Below are positions 14,626-24,800 of a DNA stretch of 64,000 nt, in pieces. Source of the DNA: Glaucostegus cemiculus (Eukaryota); NCBI GenBank assembly GCA_976551045.1, contig CDPCPM010000418.1, positions 3,224,001-3,288,000 on the forward strand. The letters run 5' to 3'. Position 1 is the first letter of the stretch. Each line of letters opens with the position of its first letter. Position numbers and translations under genes: made by a program. Below the pieces are notes generated by a model. It made no database searches and had not been told where the DNA came from. It saw nothing but the letters and a program-made list of their open reading frames with translations.

Positions 14626-15352
14626 GCCCATGGAAAGCACATAATGGTTTCTTTTAATAGGAAAAGAGAAGTAACACTTAACACTTCTGAAGCACCACCA
14701 CCTCTGAATGAGCAACGAGGACATGTGATCAAAGAGCAGGGAGACTGCCACACACAGAGAGAGGGTCTTCAGAGAGAGCCACTTCCACTGCGTTTCACAA
14801 ATAATACCCTCGATAAGTACGCTTGTCACAGAAGCTGTCTTTCATTACATACAACACTTACTTTTGTGATTAAAGAGATTTTCTGTCAATTCCCGCAGGA
14901 GATCATGACACCCTCAACTTTGAACCATATGGCTGGAGACTGTAAATCAAAATTCTTTTTTAAGTATTTTTTTAAAAAGTAAAAGTTTCAGGAAAGCAAG
15001 AATTATTTGTTTGATGGTTCAGACTAACAGTTCTTTAGTTCTCCCCAAGTCCGTTATTTTTAACACTTAGAGCGTAAGAGGAGAGAAAGTTTGGGTAATG
15101 AGAGGGATTCCTGCGACTTCGCGGCTCAGAAACAGAGTCTTTTCCTTAAAAATTGTAGAAATGTTTTTTGCATCTTTCTCTCCTCTCCTGAAGGCTTGAA
15201 GGGAATTGTTGAGGAATTTAACATGGAACGATTGCCATTCAGCCGCTTTGAGCTTGTTAGACTGGAAGAAGAGGTCATTCACCCCCATAAACATGAGGCC
15301 ATTCCGCCCCTTTGAACCTGCTACATGGTACCACAAAGAGCCTCTGGACTTG

Positions 15353-15515
15353 GAGATGCTGGAATCTGGAGCAATACACAAAAAGTTCTGGAGGAACTCA
15401 GCAGGTCAGGCAGCATCCATAGAGGGAAATGAACAGTCGACCTTTCGGGCCATGGATTTCCCTCCATGGATGCTGCCTGATCTGCTGAGTTCCTCCAGCA
15501 CTTTTTGTGTATTGC
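15353..15515. mobile_element. Fold-back Penelope-like short element with 14-bp target-site duplication
   Basis: 60-bp inverted arms 15371-15430 and 15456-15515; direct repeat agcctctggacttg at 15339-15352 and 15516-15529. Confidence 0.8.
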
Positions 15516-16577
15516 AGCCTCTGGACTTGTTACGTAGGACATCCAGTCTTTTAGTGGCTATTCCAAAGGCAGGAGTGGGTTGTTCATCCGCTTTATGTCT
15601 GTTGCTCAGAACCAGAAAGAAGCCATTCAGCCCTTCTGGTCCTTAACACAAGAACAACAGGTCCCTTCAACCCAGTTACATTAGAATAGCCCGATTCTAA
15701 CCTGGTTACGTCGGAATATGCCTGACCTGTGTCTCAGCTTCAGTTGCCCTCCTTGGTTCTGCAGCCCTTGCCTAACAAATACCAATCTTATTTTTGAAAT
15801 TGCCCAGAACAATAGCTTTTGAAAAGATTCCATATTTTTCCCACCCTTTCTGTGAAGCAAAATGCTCCTGGACATAACCCCTTGACCAGACTAGCTGTAA
15901 TTTTGGGATTCCTCGGGTTCCCGCGTCAATATCTGCCCTCACTTTCATTATTCCAAAAGAACATTTTACCTTGACCGGTTCCAGACCATGACTACTGCTC
16001 CGATATTCCACCAATGATAGCAATATAGGGCGTTAGAATGCGTTATTTTTCTACTGTCTTTTCTTTTATATAAAGCAGAAACGAATATAACCTTCATGCA
16101 AAAACTTTGCCACCTCTACACGTTGAAGGGTTATTGAGTATTTCAAGAAAACGCAGTAACACTGAAAAGAACAATGTTTTATAATATCAAAGCGGAGTAG
16201 TAAAGCCAGACTTGATGTGATGGAGCAGTTGATTCGTGGAAGAACTGGCATAATCCGCTGGTATTTAAATCTTATAAGCAGGTGCATTGCTGATAGAGGG
16301 GAGAGGGAATGTCTTGAAAAAAAGGTTTCATTGTTAAGGGGCTCTGTATGTCCCCAGCCAGAAAAATATTTTTTTTTCCCAGTCTTGCAACTGCTGTAAT
16401 GGAGGAGACAAGATTGAGATAGGTGGGGTGTAGAATTTGTAATATTCTGTTAAACTCCGAGTCCAGTTGTGCAATCACAGCGTTGGTTAACATCTACAAA
16501 GAGCGGTAATCAGGAAGGCAGGTAAAAGAGAAAAAAATAAAAGTAATTTCTCCCCTCACACACTGTGTGTTCCTCAC

Positions 16578-16674
16578 CAGCAACTAATGGCCTCTCGCTT
16601 CCCGGTGACTTTGATAAGCAAATACACAGGTCTTAAACCAAGCATTTTATTATAAGCAGCATAAATTGCCTCGA
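16578..16674 (-). ncRNA. Candidate host exon (97 nt)
   Basis: Acceptor TTTTTTTTCTCTCTTGCTCGCCCTGCAG| and donor GCTG|GTGAGG; contains AATAAA at 16646-16651. Confidence 0.5.
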
Positions 16675-16765
16675 CTGCAGGGCGAGCAAGAGAGAAAAAA
16701 AATCTGCTATCAATAAATAAAGGTGGCCGGTGTCTGGGTAGCAGCGACTCAACAAATTCTCTCAC

Positions 16766-16782
16766 CCGTGGAGCTCCGTCCT
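16766..16782 (-). ncRNA. Candidate 17-nt micro-exon or start of a downstream host exon
   Basis: TTTAATTTTATTTCCAG|AGGACGGAGCTCCACGG|GTGAGA on the minus strand. Confidence 0.45.
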
Positions 16783-17664
16783 CTGGAAATAAAATTAAAT
16801 AGGAGGGATCCTATGTAGAGAGCCCATACCGTCTATAAATACATTTTAATCTACATACAATGGAGCCGAGTGATTCGAAGGTCCTCTTTTTAAATAATGG
16901 CCATTTTTCTCTCCTGCATTCTCTGTCAAGTGCAGCTCCTTCGTGATGAATGAGCAGGCTGCGATAATAGCCCCGTTGGTTTCCATACCAACCAGACAGT
17001 ATTGCGCCGTGCTCTGCATTTTTCAGCTCAAAATGAAACCAGAGCATAAAGGGGAGGGGAGGGTGGGAGGCGGGCTGGCGTTGGGGCTGAAAACAGTTCT
17101 TTTAGCTTAGTAGCTCTAGGTGAAATGGAAACGGTCGGTGTTTCAATCGCTTCTGGGGATTAGAAAGGAAACATTTAGCAAATCAACAGAAAGATTCCCT
17201 CTTATAATAATATAAAATAAAGGATTAAAGAAAATGTAGCACAGATTTTTTTTAAACAAAGCTTTTACTAATGACCGAATATGTCCATTACTGATGGGCT
17301 GTGATGAAGCCTGTAAGGGAGATCATTACTTAGGGTGTGAAAAATTTATTCGGGTATTTAAAATGAATAAAACAAGCCTGGGGGGGGGGAGTGGGTCGGG
17401 TGGGGACGGGCCCAATAAAACATTGCGCGACCTGCTAGGTTTTACCTGAGGTTTTAATTCATTTCAGAGTCGAATTCCATCAGGAAAAAGACAACTGAAT
17501 TCTACACTGAGATAGATTGGTGGTTTGTCTCTGAATGTGTATAATTAATCTAACCATGTTCCACAGGCGATTAACCCATTATCGAACAAAAAAAAATCCC
17601 AGCCCTATTTCCGCCTTTTTCTAATGATTCACTTGGTTAATGAGGGGGGAAGAGGAAAAGCAAG

Positions 17665-17693
17665 TGACAGGACGTCTTAACATCAATCATAAA
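17665..17693. promoter_or_regulatory. MEIS plus PBX-HOX composite site
   Basis: TGACAG (17665-17670), atcaatca (TGATTGAT on minus, 17682-17689) and overlapping tcataaa (TTTATGA), within a TAAT-rich block. Confidence 0.4.
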
Positions 17694-19652
17694 TTAAACA
17701 TCATTAGGCTCATTATCCCCATCATATCGTAATTTTAGGGTTAATGGGGTAATTGGCAACACCCCAGCGTCTCACTATTCCAACTGCCACCCCACCCCAA
17801 ACAATAAAAACCTCATGATCACCATTAAAACCCCGACGAAGTGTTTGGGTAGATGTATAAAGCGCAGGTACAATCTCACTCCCACAACAGCCCCCTTTTT
17901 TTGGCTCATGCGTCTTTTGTCTCTATCGAGCTGTCAAATCCCACAGCGCACGTTTGAATCGACCTTTCTCTTTCCGCAGCATCCCGATGCTGCCTTAATT
18001 AATAAACGAAAAGGTGAACAACCGGGGAGGGGAGCAGAGTGTGACTCCCTCCACACCAACTCTCCCTTCCCCGGCATCTCACCTGCATGGCGCTGCGGCA
18101 GGGAACGGTCGGCGTTTTCTGCGCCGTGTCAGGCGAAGGATAACGGCAATGAGTTCCCCTACACCCCACCCCTCCAAAGACAGGACAAAATAATGATCAC
18201 AGTGACTTTACAAATGTGCACCAAAGATTTCGCTCAAGTCGCAGACTTGACAGCGGGGAGTTTGTGTTTCTCCCAACCGTGACTCCGAAACAACACACTG
18301 GTTAGTCTTTGTAACCTACGGGAAACGAGGCCTGAAAGAAACAAATTGTCAAACCCATGAATCCTTCCCTTAATCGTTATATGATTTGGAGGTAGGTAGT
18401 GTTACATTTCATTGGTTATTCTTTCTGGCGGGGCTTTTTCCCCTCATTTTGCACGTTCCCGGGACCTCCAAATGTTGGTGTAGAACTCTCTGAGCTGGGT
18501 TTCTGCTGTAGAGATCGGTATCAATAAGGCCCCACTTGTTTCTGCTGAACTCCCCCCTTTAAAGACAGCACTAATTGATGTGTCTGGACCAGTCTAGACT
18601 GTCGGTGATTGACCCAACTAGCAATTATGCTATTCATTTCAATGCACTTCACTGCTGGGGTAACCTGCTTGTGTTGCAGAGGGCGAATGCTACCTTTTCC
18701 ATTGATTAAACCCTCCTCCGGCCCACACGGGAGACTTCTTTTCACCACATCACCCAAACTCCGTGCCCCTTGCTCATATTTACCGCCCGTTCATTTTCTC
18801 TTTTCAGTCCTCTTTCCCTCACCTTGTAAAGCGGGCCAGGTGAGAGTCCTAACGTGGAGAGAAGCAAGTTTGTCAATTGATAATTCTGAGCTGCAGTGTT
18901 TTTTTTAAATATATATGTTTTCATTTATTTTTAAAGTTGCTTCCTCCCACTCAATTGCACCAATCACGTGGGCTCACGCCCCCTCCCCTTTCTCCGCAAC
19001 CTCTTGCAGCCTGTAACCATCCGAGTATTCTGACTTCCCCTGCATTGCCCCGCACCCTCCTCTGCCTGCCCCTTGGAGTTCCCCTCTCAACACCACCTCT
19101 CTCTGAAGCACCTACCTGCAAACCCTAGGGCACCTGTCCTCCTATCTCCTCATGTGGGCGGTATAATACTTCTTCCTGATTGCCCTCCTGTGTAGCATCA
19201 TTTGGACATTTTACCTCGTTAAACCAATGATTAAATGCAAGTTGTTGCGGCGGGTCTCCCGACCCCTCGGTGGCGTAGCCCCCGGGTGACAGCGCAGTGA
19301 CTGATGTGGTGACGAGACAGGAGGAGTTTATTTGAAGGGAGGGAGGGAGAATGTTTGGAGAGCTCTTTTATCATCTTACCTGACAGGGAAAGAAATTTGT
19401 TCTCTGCTCAGTATTTTGTATCCTTTTTACCTCAACATAACCCCCTCCCCTCTCTATTCTCGGGCACATAGAGAGATGAACAGGACTAAATTTATGAGCA
19501 TAATCCCTTTTGTAGCCAGGTCCTGTTACAGGGGTCACACTGGCAATAGGGAACTTCCAATTCCTCACAACAGTTAAACAGAGAATTTCAGGCGTTCTCT
19601 TCAACCAAGACTCGAGACGAACATCAAACCCCACACACGGAATTATTTCAAA

Positions 19653-19677
19653 CTGTCAATCATTTTATTTGATTTAT
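19653..19677. promoter_or_regulatory. PBX-MEIS/PREP decamer next to a PBX-HOX octamer
   Basis: ctgtcaatca (TGATTGACAG on minus, 19653-19662) and TGATTTAT (19670-19677). Confidence 0.45.
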
Positions 19678-20023
19678 TTATTTTTGATAACAAAACCCCT
19701 CGGTATAGTTACACAAGAAAGGAGAGGCCGGCTGAGAGGTTGCAAGGACAAATCCCACCATCTTGTCAAACACTTGACAGCATGTGTGCAGAATGAAAAA
19801 AAAAGTTAACGAATATAATTCCTCTTCCTCGCAAATCTGGACATGCCTTTGTTCAATTTTAAACAGAAATTTTCATATCAGCTGACGTCTGTAAGATTGT
19901 CATCTGACATTGTTCCATTTATCCACACCCCCCACCCCCGTCAACCCACACAGACACACCTCAGCACCAAAACTTTCTCTTTCCAAATGTCCTCCTATTT
20001 TAAGATGTCAACGCACAGCACAC

Positions 20024-20085
20024 AGCTCCCAAGAGCCTAACCCGTGGATTAAGGAGATACACATCACAAGTTAGGGTCTCAGGGA
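20024..20085 (-). ncRNA. MIR125B1: pre-miR-125b, miR-125b-1 type; 5p 20064-20085, 3p 20024-20045
   Basis: Minus strand TCCCTGAGACCCTAACTTGTGA (miR-125b-5p), an 18-nt loop, then ACGGGTTAGGCTCTTGGGAGCT (as recalled for miR-125b-1-3p). Basal UG at -14/-13, apical UGU and CNNC (CATC) at +17 are all present. Confidence 0.97.
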
Positions 20086-20717
20086 CTGAGAGGTGTGCAA
20101 CATGTTTTATACACATAGTTAGATATATTAAATATATTCAAACACATGCAGAATAAGTCGCAAGGAATCTATTTTGCGGAAAGAATTCTTCTTCTTCGTT
20201 TTACACCGACATCACCTCCTCATCCCTCAAACCTGCCAATCACACCAACTCTCACCTTGCCCGCATCTTTAACCAGTTCTACTTTGCAGGAATAAATGAA
20301 TTTTAAATCGGTTTACCCAGTCAAAGAGAATATTGCTTCGAGAAGAGAGACAGAAGCAAGGTTAGAAATTGGACATTATTCGTTCTTGTCGGTGCCTTAG
20401 CTCCATTTTAACCAGCCGGGTATTTATGGATGACATTTTTTTGGGGGGGGGGGTGGGTAAATCTCTGGAGAAGTGTCCCTTCCTATTCTCGCAGCTTGTC
20501 GAGGGCTGACTGTTCATCCTGTTACGATGAAATATGGGAGGAAATGAATAGGAGAAGGGGAAGAGACAGGAGGCAGAGCCTGCCAAACAACTCACAGACG
20601 GGGGGAAACTACCCACCCCGAGCCCATAAATATCAGGTTTAAGAAGCAAATGAGAGGCAGAGGAGGGCAGTGGTGGGAGGGAAGTACGTGATAACCAAAC
20701 ATCACTTCAGAACTCAC

Positions 20718-20810
20718 CCATTAGCACTGAGCACCACAGTCTGCAACCAGTCCCGGGAAGGAGCGGAGAGAGAATTTAATAATAAAAAAAACCCAAATCT
20801 CAGAACTTGA
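20718..20810 (-). ncRNA. Candidate host exon (93 nt) just upstream of miR-125b
   Basis: Acceptor TTTTTCTCTCTCTCTCAACAG| and donor ATGG|GTGAGT. An alternative internal acceptor TTGCAG| would give a 23-nt exon, 20718-20740. Confidence 0.55.
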
Positions 20811-21268
20811 CTGTTGAGAGAGAGAGAAAAACCGAAATCCTGATTGTCGGTGACCCCCAAGTCGCTACTAGCTTCTCGACAAAATGGTAAGCCAGGGAGA
20901 GACAGCCCTTCGCTCGCACGGATGATACAGTCTCTCCTGATTCTTTCTCTCTTTAAAAAAATTTCTCGGCAGCCACCTTCTCCGCTGCTTCCTTCGCTAT
21001 GTATTTTCCAAACCCCTGTCACTGGGGCCTCAATGCATCAGCTGCCTGTACCAAGCCAAGGCCAAATTAACAACTGCAGTTCTGATGTGTCATATAGTAT
21101 ACACAGGGGGGTTCTGGCAGACATGCCCCCCCCCCCCCTTCCTCCTTGTACATATCCTGTTCTATCCTTGTGTCACTCTTGGTCAACGGTGGCTAAAGGA
21201 ACAGGCACTTTCGGTGAACTTTGTGCCGACAGGAACGGCTCAAAAATATCTTACAAAGAGAAGCAACC

Positions 21269-21270
<2 letters not shown>

Positions 21271-21308
<38 letters not shown>
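21271..21308. repeat. (CA)n microsatellite
   Basis: Perfect CA run. Confidence 0.95.
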
Positions 21309-21311
<3 letters not shown>

Positions 21312-21607
21312 TGTCTCTATTTCTAGCATGGCCTCAGTTTCCCTTTCCCTGCCTCCTTAATTTTAAAACAACACAAATTAGACGATCGAACTAGCCCGAC
21401 TCGAACACCTTCGGATGGGGAGAGGGAGGCAGCGAAGAGATCGGTTCCGGCAGGGCCTTTTCAGTAGAGATCCGAATTACTGTCCATTCAAACATAAAAT
21501 TAAAAAAAAAACATTCATAACCCCGGCCTCACAAACCAGCAACCAGAACAAGCTTGCATATCTGAAACGTTAAATTGCATGCATGAATGTCCTGCTTATT
21601 TCCTCAC

Positions 21608-21885
21608 CTCTTCAGAACACATACACGCCAGAAAATAATCCTCTTCTCCAGTCTTCCCCACAGCATCGCCAGACCGACATCATAAGGACTGTCTTTAAAC
21701 TTAACCATGTAGACATTGCACTATCGATGCGGCTGGCTCGCTCTTTTTTTACAGCGCATACAAGTCTGGAACTGGCTCTCCCCTCGCCTTGCAAAGGAGG
21801 CTGCTGATGGACGACAAACGCTAGGCACTAATCAGTGACATGCAGAAGTGTGTGTGCAGGACCACACTGCCCCCTCTCTCTCTCT
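21608..21885 (-). ncRNA. Candidate first/alternative exon of an internal miR-125b transcript (5' end uncertain)
   Basis: Donor GAAGAG|GTGAGG at 21608 in CpG-rich sequence; possible TTTCCAG/CAG acceptor near 21885. Confidence 0.45.
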
Positions 21886-24800
21886 GCTGGAAAGCTTGGA
21901 AGTATTTCTCCTTTGTCAGGCTCCCTCTCTCCACCGAGTCAGATAAAATGCTAACAGCACAGGCAGAATCAGAAATCAATACCGCTCTGATTACCGCTGC
22001 TCAGTTCTCTCTTGCAGAAGGGGAAGATGGACAGAGAGGTGGGGAGGTGAGGGGAGGGTTGTGTGTGGGGGGGGGGGGGGGGGGGATATCCATTATAACA
22101 GCCTCCGCTCGTCAACACTGCACGCTGTAGCGCTCTAATACCAGATTCACCCTGTCAACCTTACTGCATGAGAATGGGGGCAGGGACGGGGGAAGTAGAT
22201 AAAAAGATCATCTCTAACGGACTGATAATAAGGACCAACATTATTCAGCGGGGGTCCTGGATGATCATTAGATAGTAGGAAATGCAAATAAGTAGATTTG
22301 ATTCATCCTGATAGGTGGCTGAGTTACTGAAACCAACGCAGTCTATTTCAAGCCAATTATTTCAATAACAGAAGCCCAACACAATAAGAATTGGTTAAAT
22401 GGGAGCTGGCAAGTCTTGCGGTTATCCGCAGGGGAGGGTTGCGGGGGTAAGGACGGGCTTTGACATGACTTGGAATTGGATGGTTAGGTCGGCTACTCTC
22501 AAAGGCTTCTTTTTGGGTCGGGTGGGATTATGAGCAAGATTCACTCGCGGGCAGAAGGGTTACAGTTAGAGCTCTCGCCAGTTTGCCATCAATGCAGCTT
22601 TCCATTTTTAAAATGTACTGCATCACCTGTGGAAGAGAAAGGTGGGTCTCTGTGCGTTTGTGTGTGTGTGTGGGGGGGGGGGGGGGGGCGGCGAGGTGGA
22701 GAGAGCCGGAACCTAAGCAACTGCATCATCAACAGGCACTGAAGAATCAATGACTCGGCACAGACAGATATTAAGATTCCGGCTACATTCCTTGGGAAGC
22801 GATCTGTCAGGTGCGGATGGCAGTATCGTGCCTTGCAATAATGTTATCCTTTGTACAGGGCTGAAACAAAGAGGATGAGAGAACTCACCGACATCATCAA
22901 AGTAAAAAAAATATCCCGCTCCCGCAGCCAAAGCCTTCACTTTGACAACTTAACCCCTTCACTGACGCTTCTCCACCGGGCTTTGAAATGTCCCGACCCA
23001 TTTCTAGGTTGTACATCTTGTCTCTGCGTATAATTCTTACAGAATTCCCAAAATAATTTCCAAGATCGTAGGGATGGTTCCTCAGATATTGGCAGGCCTC
23101 CACTTCCTTGTCCAGATGCCATTCACAAGCTCAGACTGATCGCTAACAGGGTATTTGCACTTCAGGGACATCACACAGTCGACCGATCTGAATACATGTA
23201 CTCTGGGCCTGAAGAAACTAATCTTACTCCAGGATAATCTCTGGGTCATGGTGGACACTACAGGATGAATAACCCAGAGAACACAGCCTCAGATTCCACT
23301 AGGACAAGTTGAGAATTTTGCATTCAGTTTCAGTTTCCAGAAAAATAAAACTGATAATAGTAATGATGAAGTCAAAAGAACACATTAGTTCACTTACGTG
23401 CTTTAGGGTAGGGTATCTGATGCTCTAACAATTCTGGCCATGTTCAATAATGACCGTACTTCTCACTTGCTCCTGAAAGCAAAATATGCTGGGAATCTGA
23501 AATAAAAACAGAATATGCTGGAAATACTCAGCAGGTCAGGCAGCCGGTGCGGAGAGAAACGGTGTTATAATGTTTTGGGTTGATGACCTTTGAACAGAAT
23601 CAGAAATGGGAAATGACTTCTAGGACATAGAGGAAGTTCTGGGATGTAGAAGGAGGGATTGAGAGAAAATGAGGTTTGAGAGAGAGGCTAGAATGTCTAC
23701 TAGCATATAATAGACTTTCACTTTTGTTCTTGCCTCCCTTTTTCTGCTTCAGAAATACTTCATTGACTGTGGAGTACTTTAGCCATGAAAGGAGCTATAG
23801 AAATGCAAATTCCTTTTCTTATTTAAGAGAAGACTGTGAGTGCAATTAACCTTTCTAGGTGCTACATATTTATAAATCTTTCTTTCTTATACTAACACTA
23901 AAATGCCTGACCCTCAACTGCTCTAAATGGCATTAAGACCACTAAATGGCTCAGCACCACCTTCTCAATCCAACAAGTGTTGGCCAATAAACATTAGCCT
24001 TGCCAGTGATGGCTGCATCCCCAGAAAGAATGGAAATGTAGCACTTGGTAAACCAGGATGCTATGCACTGAACACAAGGTTGTCTGACTGAGAGACCTTC
24101 TGAATCATTGCTTATCACGATGACATTATTCCCAGACAGAGTGGAGCACCTGCCAATCAAGTCTGGTAACCACGATGCTTAGCCGACAGGGATTAACTTT
24201 GAAGATGTATGCAACTATCCTCCATTCACAGTATTTCACTGGAGAAATTACCCTAATTTTATTTATGGAAGTTGCTATGGCTTCTAAAGTTCTGTTTCCT
24301 TCCTACTTTAAATAGACTTTGTTTTCTGAGTAGATTGAATTTTGGCCATACAATAGGTGAACCTAAATGTGCACCCACCCACCTCCAAAACTTTGCTCCA
24401 TATTGTGTCCTCAGTTGACATCATGTCAAAGTAATTGAGGGAACTGACAGTCTGGCCATAAACAGACATTCTCCCTAAACATAGGAATCTAGATCTGAGG
24501 ATCTGGAACTTAAGCCAAGCCGGTTAAATTCAAATTTAGGAAACATTTGTTTGCCCTAAGGCTTGTAAGAATAAGGAAAACTAGCCCATTGACACAGAAT
24601 CAACTGTGGTCTTTGTAAAGGAGATAGACAGTAATGATGGGGAGATAAAATAGCACTGAAGGGATATCAAGAAAGAGTGAGGGATTGAGGTTAAAAAATA
24701 AATAACAACAGCCATGGCCAAAAAATGTGAACCTTGATGGCTGACTTCTCAGCACTCTGTTCTGATTAAAGTCATAAAACAATGGCTAATATCTTCTCTC

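Larger units (their letters stand above)
20800..23100 (-). promoter_or_regulatory. Putative internal promoter upstream of miR-125b
   Basis: Visibly CpG-rich, repeat-free, with G/C homopolymer tracts and exon donors 0.6 and 1.5 kb upstream of the hairpin. Confidence 0.5.

Noticed and set aside
15206-15646. 146-aa ORF and antisense 73-aa ORF with near-identical peptides
   Set aside because: Artefact of the fold-back insertion at 15353-15515.
18389-18395. let-7 seed match in the host transcript (autoregulation)
   Set aside because: Single 7-mer in predicted intron; several are expected by chance in 64 kb.
20727-20743. REST/RE1 site (also 19960-19976)
   Set aside because: Only a partial left half-site (AGCACC); the GGACAG half is missing.
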